Shown here: piece by piece, positions 32,201 through 40,140 of the stretch
How the letters are laid out: each line of letters begins with the position of its first letter
How positions within the stretch are numbered: the stretch's first letter is position 1
Origin: Candidatus Kerfeldbacteria bacterium
Lineage (GTDB): Bacteria > Patescibacteriota > Patescibacteriia > UBA10025 > JAHIVO01
Length of the DNA stretch: 64,000 nucleotides
Reading direction: 5' to 3'
Assembly: GCA_016214565.1 (NCBI GenBank)
Contig: JACROE010000002.1
Span: forward strand, 664,007 to 728,006
Translations under genes and position numbers: made by a program
Notes under the pieces: generated by a model
The model's database searches: none
What the model was told of the DNA's origin: nothing
The model's input: the letters and a program-made list of their open reading frames with translations, nothing else

Positions 32201-35200
32201 TATACTGGCGTCGGGGCAGGATCGGAAATCATTACCTCAGGCACCGGCACGTGGACCGTCACAGGTAACGTGACTTTTACCGGCGGGACGTACACGGCGA
32301 CGGCCGGCAATACCTTGGTTATGAATGGGGCAAGCGTGACGCTCACCAGCGCCAGTCAGACATTACAGAATCTGACTTTATCTGGTTCCATCACCCTGGC
32401 AAATGCTACTCATACGGTAAATGGCAATCTTGATATGGCGGGGGGGACGATCAGTGCTGGTTCCTCGACTATAACTATGACTGGCACCAGTAATACTATT
32501 GTTGGCGGTGGTAATTCGATAAATGCATTGACTATTGATCCATCCTCAGCCGGTACTATCACGCTCCAGACGTCGAGTCTGACCGTGGCAGGACTGCTCA
32601 CGGTTTCAGCGAGCGATACGCTCTCGATAGCTTCGGGAATTACCTTGAGCAATACGAGCGCCTCGGACGTAGCTGGCACTGGCACCATCAGTGGCGCTGG
32701 TACGCTGCGGTTTACTAATGCCTCAGGCGGTCCGGGAACGACGATCACGACTTTGAGTTCCGTTGTGCGATTTGACGCCACTTCTGGTAATATTGCCACA
32801 ACTACATTTGATGTGCGTACCTACAGCGGCCCGGTTGAATTTTACTCGAGTAGTGGCACGGCTCGTACCGCCACCTTTGCCGCTGGCACATATACTATTT
32901 CCGGGGCTTCGTCGTATCTCTATGTTATCGCTGACGGCGCTAGCCCGGGTGACCTGACTCTGGCCGGTGCGACGAATAACCCGACGGTCAACGTCGGTGG
33001 CAGCGTTGATTTCACCGGGGTTGGCGCTTCGAGTGAGGTAATTACTTCCGGCACTGGCACCTGGACCGTCGGTGGCAGCGTTGATTTCACCGGCGGGACA
33101 TTTACCGCTGCCAGTGGTAATACCTTAATTATGAATGGGACGGGGACGCTGACGTCTGCCAGTCAGACACTGCAAAACGTAACGTTGTCGGGTACTATTA
33201 CCCTGGCTAATGCCACCCATACGATTAATGGTAATTTGAATCTGACCGGCGGCAGCACCACGGCTGGCACCTCGACCGTGACTATGACCGGCACCTCAAA
33301 TACGATCACGGGCGGCACGAAGACGCTCAATAATCTGACCATCGATCCATCGTCAGCCGGTACCATCACGGCGCAGACCTCAAACTTTACAGTAGCGGGA
33401 ACGCTCACTGTGGCGGCCAGCGATACGCTTTCGCTGAATAGCATTACGCTGACGAATACTGGTGCAGCGGAGGTAGCTGGCACTGGGGTCATCTCTGGCG
33501 CCGGAACACTTGTATTCACCAGTACCTCCGGCGGCCCCGGTACAACTATCGCGACCTATAGTGCAACGGTTCGGTTTGACGCAACTAATGGTGACATTGC
33601 CGGTAGCACCGTCGATGCTCGGACGTACAATGGTCAGTTCTCATTTATTTCTACCAGCGCTACCGCTCGTACCATTACCATGGGCGCCGGTACCTTCACA
33701 CTCTCCGGTGCCAGCTCACATTTTTACGTAATTGCCAATGGCGCCAGTCCGGGCGACCTGACCGTCACTGGCGCTACCAATAATCCAACCGTAACTATCG
33801 GTGGCGATTTGGACTTCACCGGTAGCGGATCGAGCCAAGAGGGAGTGATTACCGGCAGTGGCACCTGGACAGTCAGCGGCAACGCAGATTTTGCCAACGG
33901 CTCATTTACCTCCTCAACCAACAATACGTTTATCATGGATGGCACGTCCAAAACAACCACTGAGTCGACGTGGAGTGGGCTCGTCTTTTATAATTTTCGT
34001 TCAAGCGGGTCAATTACCTTTATCACGTCATTTGAGGACGCAGTTGTTTTGAATGATTTGACCATTGATTCAGGAAAGTCCCTGACTGGTTCTACTGGCG
34101 GCATTACGAGCGTTGGGCATAACTTTACGAATAACGGGGGGACCTTCAATGCGAATTCTGGAACAGTGAGTATGTACGGTTCGGCTGGCGCTATTAATGG
34201 TAGCGGTTCGACCACGTTTAATAATTTGACCATTATGGGTACCCCGGCTAGCGTGACCATGAGTAATGCTGATAATACAGTGTCCGGCACTTTGACCGTT
34301 GATACAGGTGACACTTTATCATTATCCTCTGGTCGGACGCTGTCAGCGACGGGTGCTGGAAACGTGGCAGGTACCGGCAGTATTACCGGGGCGGGGACGC
34401 TGCGTTTCACGGATACGTCAGGCGGACCCGGCACTACCATCGCTACTTTGAGCGCTATTACCCGCTATGACGCGACTAATGGCAATATTGCCTCGACGAC
34501 ACTTGACGCTCGGACCTATGGCCAGGTCGAATTCTATATGACGGGTTCGACGGATCGTTCAATCACGTTTGCTGCCGGTACTTATACTCTCTCTGGCGCT
34601 ACGGCTCATCTATACATGATTGATAACGGTTCAAATCCCGGATATCTGACCGTGGACGGGAGCGTTAATAATCCGACCGTGACTATCGGTGGCGACTTTG
34701 ATTCTACTGGGTCGTGGGGTGGGGGGATTGTTATTTCAGGCACGGGAGCTTGGACTGTTTCAGGGAATGTTGATTTCACTAATATGGTATTTACCGCGAC
34801 AACCGGGAATTCCTTTACCATGAATGGGGCCTCAGCATCACTGACCCCAAATTTCAATAATATGTATAATTTTTTAACTGCCGGCACGGGTACTATTACT
34901 TTATTGAGTATCTTAACAGTCAATAATAATGTTACAGTTGGGGACTCTTCGACTTTCACGAGTACGGAAAGTCTTACTATCGAGGGGAGTAGTCTGACGG
35001 GAACCGGTACTTTTGCCTTCAGCACCGGCACGGTATACATCAGAGGTGATGGGGGGTCGCTGGGTGGCAGCAATAATGACTGGACGTTTGGCAGTCTTAG
35101 GTTCAGAATTGCTGACTCGTGTTCAATTACTTGTAATATTGGTTGTAATCGATTGACTACCTCCGCGGGCGGCTCAGGTGCGATGATTATTCAGGGTACT

Positions 35201-37039
35201 ATTCGGACGGATACGTGTTCGTACGGTTTTGGAGAAGGGACTGCCGCGCACCGATTTGATGCGGGAAGTAAGACGTGGGTTCTTCAGGGTTCGGGGACGG
35301 GAGCCAGCGCCCCATTGTTTAACACCTTCTTTAATTATGATACATCGACATTCCGTTTTACGGGTACCGGCACAACCGATATCTCCTCGACATCTCGGTA
35401 TTACAATTATGAATTATTACCTGCTAGCGGCACACCAACCTACAATTTCCTCGGTGCAGGTATCTATGGTAATGCCGTCATCGGCACGTCAGTAAATTTC
35501 GTTCACGGATCAAACTCTTTATACATGTATGGTGATGGGAAAACTATTGATGCAGGCGGTAAGACGCTCTATGATTTTTATGTGCTTGGAACAAATAATA
35601 CAGTGACTGTGATCAATAATGATATCAGCGTGGCTGGGCTATTACATGTCGAAAGTGGTGATACGCTTTCGATTAATGCCAGTCGAACTCTCAGTGATAC
35701 CGGCGCGGCAAATGTGGCGGGAACGGGTACTATCAGCGGCGCGGGTATATTGCGTTTCACTGATACCGCCGGCGGTCCCGGGACGGCTACCACCATCTCT
35801 GTGCCTGTCCGTTTCGATGCCAGCGCGGGGAATATCGCAGCCGGAACATTTGATGCGCGGACGTATGGCGGTGCGGTAGAGTTGTATGGCAATAATGCGT
35901 CGAACAGTATTACCGCGCCAGCCGGTACATTTATCTTTAGTTCAACGGTATCAACCACCCAGGGTGGCACGGGCGCCACGACCACGAATTTGAATACCAA
36001 CGATCCGACGGTGACGGTCACCGGCGATCTAACCATTGGTGCAAATACCGTGCTGCAAGCATCCAGCAGTGGTACGTTTAATGTGAATGGCAATTATACG
36101 AATTCAGGCACCTTTACGGATAATGGTGGGACGGTTACCCTGGGCGGCAGCAGTCAGCAGACGCTCTCGGGCAGTATGACCGGCACCTCAAATGATTTTA
36201 ATAATTTAGTTATTACCAATGCCTCTGGTTCAAATCCGGAGACATCTCCGTCAGTCATTTTTGCCTCGGGCGCGGACACGGCTGGGACGTTTACCGCTAC
36301 CACTGCTAATACTAAGCTTCGCTTCAATGCTGGCTCGACGTATGCTCTGCAAAATATTTCATTTAATGGCCAGGCAACCGGCACCCGCGTATTCCTCCGT
36401 AGTTCCTCGACGGGTACGCAGTGGAATCTCAATGTGGCCGGTACGCGCTCGGTGTCAAATACGAATGTGCGCGATTCTGACGCGTGCGGTCAGCCACCAA
36501 CCATAGACGCTTCGGACGGCACGAATTTTGATGCAACCAATAACGATTGTTGGTCTATGTATGCGATCAGTTTTAGTATTTCTGATACCAGTATTGGGTT
36601 TGGCTCACTGGGCACCGGACAATCACGCTATGCCTCGGCTGACGGCACGGGGTCGGCCGCTGAAGTGGAGGCTCACACCCTGAGCGCGGCGAGCAACGCG
36701 GTAGGTGGCTATTCAATCTTGGTCCTCGGTACAACGCTGACGTCACCCGATAGTGATACGATTGCCGCTATCGGCGGTACGAATACGGCGCCAAGTCCGG
36801 GGACTGAGCAATTCGGCATTCGCGCAACAGCTTCGGGGGGCAGCGGGTCAGTCACCGCGCCCTATGCCGCGGCTGGGTTTGCCTATGATCTGCTGAATTT
36901 CCCCGATGAAATTGCTGGTTCGGCGGGCGCTTCGACCACGACCACTTATTCACTCCGTTATCTGGGGAATATCAGCTCGACGACTACGGCGGCGACATAC
37001 GGGGCTGATGTTACGTATGTCATGGTTCCAGAATTTTAA
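23228..37039 (+). CDS. 4603-aa giant surface protein: N-terminal excisionase/MerR-like HTH, signal-anchor, Ig-like domains, phage-tail-fibre-like HxH repeats, Thr/Gly-rich repeats, WxL/pilin-like C-terminal domain
   Basis: LLTIEQVSEILGVHPNTLRNWDRAGKLRAVRIGSRQDRRY; hydrophobic FSLFVFSVLLVAFSFAVVQVSFFAYIYLARA; several HTHT motifs; repeated GATNNPTV units; one uninterrupted 13.8-kb ORF. Confidence 0.9.
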   Translation: MAFRWFKIVNKVTPTSIKKQIDFASLPNLLTIEQVSEILGVHPNTLRNWDRAGKLRAVRIGSRQDRRYDKQSIQKLYTELHPPVLKPAEPPTPPALPEATAEKSYVLEPGFSWRSFQLYFLSRKFSLFVFSVLLVAFSFAVVQVSFFAYIYLARAEEVGQEIVAVQPTSASGWETSAQALAIDLLPAASLEEFADANAAHYHTTPTTDADGPVTIEQEVELEDSQVAIEEESAVPLNASLPELVVSNFIAPDTIESGDVITKTGFRVSLAADGTPESEDVLVLEYSLDQGANWQQLESLVLTDDLSNAIHGGYFEYALAPLASITDVSAIQFRARMNAGANSASGVVWIDGVELQLETQRPDPIVEDITSSVSFVADTDMDLTSQEQPVIAVETEEKSSFEFIGVEPITREVGSVTITSPDGATRDVSVSRDSAVTDMGTTTSLAIDPSTLTEPGKYTVTVTVEQDGREKQVAYEFTWGALAFNTDQANYQLGEIATFSLGAVDDTGHIICTADMRLSIVDPAGTETVLTSADGTIQVTDYCSIKDVYQGPDYVATYVPTLPGAYQVTLVATVHGQTRTVSDAFSVLPEPAYTIKRDGPTRVFPNVPQPMRLVVTPTSAFTGTVREFVPGNFDVYPENGGRIQPYDTGTEIVRSIVWDISLEAGTSATLGYTFKSPEKSPALFALGPATAGDWTEPRAWQLVIDPAYMYVLGNSASAPTGWTNDTATFAGYYPRGAATTDTTPPTGGAASHTHTVSGQNISAPSTEVTITGWGCIDFCLNSATTAHTHGINSLTVGSANNDPLNHTFYLWKSNATDPTTIPNNAYVFFDTAPAGSWTRFSAADNRLVKINSSNTTGGTSDTHTHSLTWGSLTAASGSTSLQADGITYTAASSTHTHTAPTGTTSTSYTLLPSYIQSLIYQATADNSVPQNLIAMWDAAPPTGWTTVSGASQTYNGQFIRGSASYSATPQSADTHSVANQTSGATGSASANGATTAVGTGAARNTHTHTITASFSASTDHKPQYFDVIMAECTNGGGCGAAASITVSGSVYSDEGSTKITAAAKTVVLWVNGSATACGGGACTAETSNGDYSISNVTATSGDVLTLFLDNETEKATTFLVSNGSTVSTAHLYQNRVILRHDTGASITNANIESGDRDATGETDILAEVATSNLTVDSNYELHIWTGGTQAYDPGGTVTTQGTGDLHVDDSASAYMDTASNSIAQNVTIDAGATLYGQNTTTVNGAANAGVSAAGTLNISGGTFTVGNGTDEDLTLNAGTLTVSGGTLTVKDQIKTTSGGSAETVNITGGITNAQGTGTTTSAPLYIPDGTITVGGGGGTATVNTSGNLYQTGGTLNVNTNSDINVTGEFQMPSGSPILELNDGSLDSTSHWRLNAGTINLDGGSHHTGNDGIVEMTNGGNAVTFNMTGGDLYMRGLLVYNSGTLTTSTCTGGNIHLGIVAGPSINYYLVNTSGTYQIYNLLIDQTAFINASSTQTFKVKGALTIANTMTFTTNSKTMQVDGGWVNNGTYTGGTSTITLRGGNISGTSDTSFSTLNIGDATTTATVTVNGTDDPTVTGTMLVDTGDILSIGASRFVTHSGGTYTLNGTVSGAGTMTFTNTSPGPGTTGSLTSTTRYDATNGNVASTTVDVRTDYQQLEFYSNTATARSITLAAGTYITNVTNGNVYVIADGASPGNLTLDGATNNPTMDIAYSLDFTGAGTASEIITSGTGVWQVGQHVDFTGGTYTATAGNTLDMDGIGTLTSAAQTLQNLTLSGTITLANATHTVNGNLVLGNGLTAGTSTVTMTGTSNTITGNNRTLANLTIDPSSAGTITLQTSNLTTSGTLTVAAGDTLSIASGITLSNTAAAEVAGTGNIGGAGTLLFTSASGGPGTTISTLSAITRYDASSGNIAAATIDARTYAGSVEFYSNSATARTATLNTGTYSVSSLYVIADGNSPGDMTLVGATNNPTVTIAGNLDFTGTGTASEVITSGTGTWTVSGHVDFTGGTYTATTNNTLVMDGVSVNIYGNGQSLYNFSISPSTIGTVSMQTSDLTVTGTITLSGTCQLTINAGLNFTLGSAGTLTRGAGCAIAGTGTFIYQPATFSQTSGVTSGIRFDATNNNQTINGNYTFSRAVEFYNAHASTARTITLGNAGGRTFTFSSTATVTAASGGTVSVDANTNDPNLTFTGAVSIGGASGASATLSANSANTLAFNGAVTVNATGVLTTNGSTVMTMAGDYTNNGTFNAGAGTVTLNGSGTQILSGTMTGGSAFNNLIVTNASASNPDISFAASATVGATFTATTASSQIRFLAGGTYTFQNIALNGQATGTRVALTSSSTGTQWNLNVAGTRSVSNTSVRDSTACGQAPNISANDGTNLSLGNNSCWTFPGIIISGTANGNVGATVRYAVNGSLQTDTGTIGASTWSIEGLTAPAVNDEIIVWIDNVADANESSGVTSYDGSGDITGMVLDTHVLTLGSNDNQSISQTVLQTVYDNFNDEDIMFRCPIVASCTLAVDDDSVYTDDRLTILSGTTWVMGPNDGINTHDIQIDGTLTAGTGSITVSGSWDNNNDFNSSGSETIYFTSTTTEIIDSTGAVDSDVYNVNFTGVGGQWTLNSTWVVNNDVTMSAGTFRVNSDLYVNGGDITGDGTLTYTAGSPNVIMGSASGNFGGANPWTFFNLQFSHTALCNAPVTTATGAGSVTINGTLTLQADGGCACTETDCPSHNLDLGSKTWILTASGTPLVADGEIIGSTSTVRYTGTGATNITTTNPNLTDYYYTLELQPASGTPTYTLLSTGTASYEIRGNLTISTSVNLTVTGSTVFMTGTGTLDAGGKTLNNLTINPAAAQTVTVQTNDVTVAGNLTVTANGVMSISNGRTVTWTGATLTLAGAISGQGILRVDSVGVIPATGTLSSIVQLYATNGNTVVMYARTYGGEVQIYNSSVTSRTITMEAGTHTITGASSALNLRAENNGDMTLVGATNNPTVSVSGNLIYTGVGAGSEIITSGTGTWTVTGNVTFTGGTYTATAGNTLVMNGASVTLTSASQTLQNLTLSGSITLANATHTVNGNLDMAGGTISAGSSTITMTGTSNTIVGGGNSINALTIDPSSAGTITLQTSSLTVAGLLTVSASDTLSIASGITLSNTSASDVAGTGTISGAGTLRFTNASGGPGTTITTLSSVVRFDATSGNIATTTFDVRTYSGPVEFYSSSGTARTATFAAGTYTISGASSYLYVIADGASPGDLTLAGATNNPTVNVGGSVDFTGVGASSEVITSGTGTWTVGGSVDFTGGTFTAASGNTLIMNGTGTLTSASQTLQNVTLSGTITLANATHTINGNLNLTGGSTTAGTSTVTMTGTSNTITGGTKTLNNLTIDPSSAGTITAQTSNFTVAGTLTVAASDTLSLNSITLTNTGAAEVAGTGVISGAGTLVFTSTSGGPGTTIATYSATVRFDATNGDIAGSTVDARTYNGQFSFISTSATARTITMGAGTFTLSGASSHFYVIANGASPGDLTVTGATNNPTVTIGGDLDFTGSGSSQEGVITGSGTWTVSGNADFANGSFTSSTNNTFIMDGTSKTTTESTWSGLVFYNFRSSGSITFITSFEDAVVLNDLTIDSGKSLTGSTGGITSVGHNFTNNGGTFNANSGTVSMYGSAGAINGSGSTTFNNLTIMGTPASVTMSNADNTVSGTLTVDTGDTLSLSSGRTLSATGAGNVAGTGSITGAGTLRFTDTSGGPGTTIATLSAITRYDATNGNIASTTLDARTYGQVEFYMTGSTDRSITFAAGTYTLSGATAHLYMIDNGSNPGYLTVDGSVNNPTVTIGGDFDSTGSWGGGIVISGTGAWTVSGNVDFTNMVFTATTGNSFTMNGASASLTPNFNNMYNFLTAGTGTITLLSILTVNNNVTVGDSSTFTSTESLTIEGSSLTGTGTFAFSTGTVYIRGDGGSLGGSNNDWTFGSLRFRIADSCSITCNIGCNRLTTSAGGSGAMIIQGTIRTDTCSYGFGEGTAAHRFDAGSKTWVLQGSGTGASAPLFNTFFNYDTSTFRFTGTGTTDISSTSRYYNYELLPASGTPTYNFLGAGIYGNAVIGTSVNFVHGSNSLYMYGDGKTIDAGGKTLYDFYVLGTNNTVTVINNDISVAGLLHVESGDTLSINASRTLSDTGAANVAGTGTISGAGILRFTDTAGGPGTATTISVPVRFDASAGNIAAGTFDARTYGGAVELYGNNASNSITAPAGTFIFSSTVSTTQGGTGATTTNLNTNDPTVTVTGDLTIGANTVLQASSSGTFNVNGNYTNSGTFTDNGGTVTLGGSSQQTLSGSMTGTSNDFNNLVITNASGSNPETSPSVIFASGADTAGTFTATTANTKLRFNAGSTYALQNISFNGQATGTRVFLRSSSTGTQWNLNVAGTRSVSNTNVRDSDACGQPPTIDASDGTNFDATNNDCWSMYAISFSISDTSIGFGSLGTGQSRYASADGTGSAAEVEAHTLSAASNAVGGYSILVLGTTLTSPDSDTIAAIGGTNTAPSPGTEQFGIRATASGGSGSVTAPYAAAGFAYDLLNFPDEIAGSAGASTTTTYSLRYLGNISSTTTAATYGADVTYVMVPEF
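28080..36560 (+). repeat. Internal repeat array of the giant gene
   Basis: About 7 copies of GPGTT..RYDA..GNIA..DARTY..EFY..GATNNPTV..DFTG..SGTGTWTV; two copies of NGQATGTRV..SSSTGTQWNLNVAGTRSVSNT..ACGQ..NN.CW (~30040-30390 and ~36200-36560). Confidence 0.85.
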
Positions 37040-37076
37040 TATTATATTGCATCTTGGTTAGTGAAATGTTGGTTAG

Positions 37077-37105
37077 TTGCAGTATGGAAAAAAATGTGTT
37101 ATACT
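37077..37105 (+). promoter_or_regulatory. Internal promoter for the small WxL-like gene
   Basis: TTGCAG-N17-TATACT with extended -10 TG. Confidence 0.6.
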
Positions 37106-37150
37106 ATGCTGGTTATGGAGGGTATTTCGGGAGGTGATCTAATATTTTAA

Positions 37151-38182
37151 ATGAATATTATTATGTCACAAAGAATATCAATTGGACTACTCATATTGAT
37201 TGTTATGAGTGTTTTGGTTATTCCGCGCAGCATGATTCATGCCGCTGCCCTGACCAATGTCAGTGACACCATGACTCGTCTGCAGCAATCGACCGATTCG
37301 AATCATGTCATTGCCTTCACGACCGCGACCTCGCTGGCCGCAGCCGAAACGATCAAGATTCAGTTTGATCCAGCCGGGGATGCTTTCACGCTCAAGGGTA
37401 CTCTGACTAATGCCGATATGACTGGTTCAGGCTTTACCGTTGTAGCCGGGTGTGGGGGTGGCGCTTCTGAGGTGACGGCGACGGTTGATACCAGTGCACC
37501 GGATGAGAATATTACTTTAACGGTTTGTTCGGGAGATACTGTAGCTGCCGGAGCGAAAAGTTTGACCATCACGAATAATGAGATCACCAATCCGTCTTCA
37601 GCAAATACCTATGAGATTGAAATCACGACGACCAGCGACTCTGGTTCATTGGCCGTGGTGATTGTCTCCGATGATACAGTCAATGTGAGTGCCACGGTTG
37701 ATCCGTCTTTGACCTTCAGCATCTCCGACACCACGATTGGGTTTGCCACACTGAGTTCATCGGCCAGCCGATGGGCAACCGGGGATTTACTTGGCAATGC
37801 CGCCGAGACTGAAGCGCACACCCTGATTGCCGGCACGAATGCCACCAGCGGATATAGCATCACGCTCAATGGCGCCACCCTGACTTCAGTCGCGGCCGAT
37901 ACCATTACTGCGATCGGAGCTAATAACACCGCGCCGAGCACTGGCTCTGAGCAATTTGGCGTTCGGTATACAGCCAGCGGCGGCTCAGGCGCAGTGTCCG
38001 CACCATACGCGGCAGCTGGTTACGCATTTGACACAGCCGCTTTTCCCGACGAGATTGCTGCGGCTACGGGCCCATCTGCTAACACCACCTATTCAGCGCG
38101 CTATTTGGCAAACATAGCATCAAATACCGAAGCCGGTACATATACGGCAGATCTCACATATATTGCCACCGCTACATTCTAA
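37151..38182 (+). CDS. Secreted two-domain protein with WxL/pilin-like C-terminal domain (candidate major subunit)
   Basis: Signal peptide (..MIHA/AA); C-terminal ~160 aa align closely with the giant protein C-terminus (FSISDT.IGF..EAHTL..EQFG.R.TASGGSG.V.APYAAAG..FPDEIA..YS.RYL.NI..Y.AD.TY). Confidence 0.75.
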   Translation: MNIIMSQRISIGLLILIVMSVLVIPRSMIHAAALTNVSDTMTRLQQSTDSNHVIAFTTATSLAAAETIKIQFDPAGDAFTLKGTLTNADMTGSGFTVVAGCGGGASEVTATVDTSAPDENITLTVCSGDTVAAGAKSLTITNNEITNPSSANTYEIEITTTSDSGSLAVVIVSDDTVNVSATVDPSLTFSISDTTIGFATLSSSASRWATGDLLGNAAETEAHTLIAGTNATSGYSITLNGATLTSVAADTITAIGANNTAPSTGSEQFGVRYTASGGSGAVSAPYAAAGYAFDTAAFPDEIAAATGPSANTTYSARYLANIASNTEAGTYTADLTYIATATF

Positions 38183-38240
38183 GGCAGCGTCTCATGCGAT
38201 GAGCGGGCTACAAAAATAAATAATTATTAGGGAGGAACGT

Positions 38241-39266
38241 ATGTCACTCAAATCGTTAATGGTAGCAGTAATCGTGCTTGGTGGTTTACTAGTCGTTGCC
38301 GCGAATGCGTCAGCACTTACCATCATTCCGCCGTCATTAGAATTTGAAGCGCCACCTGGGCAAACCTATGAAACGACGGTCAAATTATTTAATGAAACGG
38401 ATCAGGCAGTTACGCTCTATACTGAGACGACAAATTTCGGCGCAGCGGGAGAATCCGGGCGTCCCTCATATCGGTTTGACGCTGATCCCGAGGGACTCAG
38501 TTCGTGGGTGACAGTAGGTGACGGCCCGTTTGAATTAGGGCCTGGAGAGCGGGTAAATGTGCCTCTCAAGGTGACACCACCGGCTGATGCTGAACCCGGC
38601 GGGCATTATGCGGCAGTCTTTTTTTCTGATACGCCGCCTACGGCTGCAGCTGGTGGAACCGTGTCAGTCGGAACCAAGATTGGTATTTTACTCCTCGCGC
38701 GTATCCCGGGAGAGATTGTTGAATCGGGCAGTATCAAAGAATTTTACCTTGGCGATAAAACCTCTGGCATTAATCGGTTACCCGTGACATTTGTCACGCG
38801 ATTTGAGAATACAGGGAATCTTCATTTGCGCCCGACAGGCTCGATTGAAGTAACGAATATGCTTGGCCGCGCGGTTTCCACCCTGGAATTCAATCCAGCG
38901 AATGGTGCGACGTTGCCCAAGACGATTCGTAAGTATGAAACCATTTGGCAGAAGGGTGACGTGGTTGAGGGGTCTGGTTTTTGGAATGAATTTGCCAATG
39001 AACGGAATAATTTGGCAATTGGGAAATACACCGCTACGATAACTACCGATGCGGGAATAGAGACAACTTTAACCGATAGCGCCAGCTTCACGTTTTGGGT
39101 GTTCCCCTGGCGAGTGATGTTGATTTGGGGTGTCGGCATAATCATTATATTGGTAATTCTCTGGTTCCTCATGCGCCGGTACAACAAATGGATTGTGGCA
39201 AAAGCAATGCGAGCCCAAGGGTCAGATAGACCGACCGCATCGGGTTCAGGCAAACCTAAGAAATAA
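38241..39266 (+). CDS. DUF916/WxL-interacting-protein-like, membrane-anchored, chaperone-like
   Basis: Signal peptide, LTIIPPSLE, PPADAEPGGHYAAVFF, RFENTGNLHLRPTG, C-terminal FWVFPW-TM-basic tail. Confidence 0.75.
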   Translation: MSLKSLMVAVIVLGGLLVVAANASALTIIPPSLEFEAPPGQTYETTVKLFNETDQAVTLYTETTNFGAAGESGRPSYRFDADPEGLSSWVTVGDGPFELGPGERVNVPLKVTPPADAEPGGHYAAVFFSDTPPTAAAGGTVSVGTKIGILLLARIPGEIVESGSIKEFYLGDKTSGINRLPVTFVTRFENTGNLHLRPTGSIEVTNMLGRAVSTLEFNPANGATLPKTIRKYETIWQKGDVVEGSGFWNEFANERNNLAIGKYTATITTDAGIETTLTDSASFTFWVFPWRVMLIWGVGIIIILVILWFLMRRYNKWIVAKAMRAQGSDRPTASGSGKPKK

Positions 39267-39278
39267 TTATTTTCACAC

Positions 39279-40139
39279 GTGCCGATGCTGCGGACGATTT
39301 TCCAGTACGGCGCAATGTTGCTCCTAGCCTTCTGGCTCGGGAGTGTTACTTTGGCAACGGCGCTGGACGTTAATATTTCCGCAGTAGTCGAAGAAAGTAT
39401 TCCTGAACAACAAGACACCATCATTCAGTTTAGTGGGTTAGCATATCCTAGCGGCGCTGTGACCGTGCGGCAGGATGGCGTGATTTTGACCACTACGACG
39501 GCAGATAGCGCTGCCAGTTTTTCTACCAGCTCGATCGTGACGTCGGGCGCTCATACGTATGCATTGACTGCCGTTGATTCCCAAAATCGGACAGGCAGCG
39601 CTACTTCATATACGCTTAATCTCAGCCAAGGCGCGACGGTGACAGTCTCAAATATTTTCCTCGGGCCAACGGTGGCAGTATCTGCTTCGAGTATTACGGC
39701 AGACCAATCGGTTAATTCATTGGGTATTACAGCGCCCAATAGTACGGTGACGGTATATGTCACATCGTCGTATACCGGTGGCGGCTCTGATAGCCGTGAA
39801 TTCCAAGTGGTGGCCGACGGTTCAGGTATCTGGACGCGCCAGTTCACCGGCACAACGCTGGGCGTCGGTTCACACGTCGTCCGGGCGCGAGCTACCAGCA
39901 GCTCATTGACTTCATCCTATAGCAATTCGTTAGTGATTGCGGTTGATCAGGCCAATCCCTGCGCCACGTCTACCCCCGGCGATATTAATTGTGATGGATC
40001 GGTTGATTTGGTTGATTTTAGTATTTTATTGTATTACTGGAATACGACTAATCCGGCACAAGCGCGGACTGATATCAATGGCGATACAACCGTTAATGTC
40101 GTTGATTTCAGCATCTTACTTTACTATTGGACTGGCTAA
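39279..40139 (+). CDS. Secreted Ig-like protein with C-terminal dockerin
   Basis: Duplicated Ca-binding motif GDINCDGSVDLVDFSILLYYW / TDINGDTTVNVVDFSILLYYW. Confidence 0.85.
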   Translation: MPMLRTIFQYGAMLLLAFWLGSVTLATALDVNISAVVEESIPEQQDTIIQFSGLAYPSGAVTVRQDGVILTTTTADSAASFSTSSIVTSGAHTYALTAVDSQNRTGSATSYTLNLSQGATVTVSNIFLGPTVAVSASSITADQSVNSLGITAPNSTVTVYVTSSYTGGGSDSREFQVVADGSGIWTRQFTGTTLGVGSHVVRARATSSSLTSSYSNSLVIAVDQANPCATSTPGDINCDGSVDLVDFSILLYYWNTTNPAQARTDINGDTTVNVVDFSILLYYWTG

Positions 40140-40140
40140 T

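Noticed and set aside
23441-36506. Many minus-strand and off-frame ORFs within the giant gene
   Set aside because: Shadow ORFs caused by repetitive Thr/Gly codons (Val/Pro-rich antisense); no motifs
28080-36560. Giant-gene repeats as DGR template/variable repeats
   Set aside because: No reverse transcriptase in the window; differences between copies are not adenine-specific
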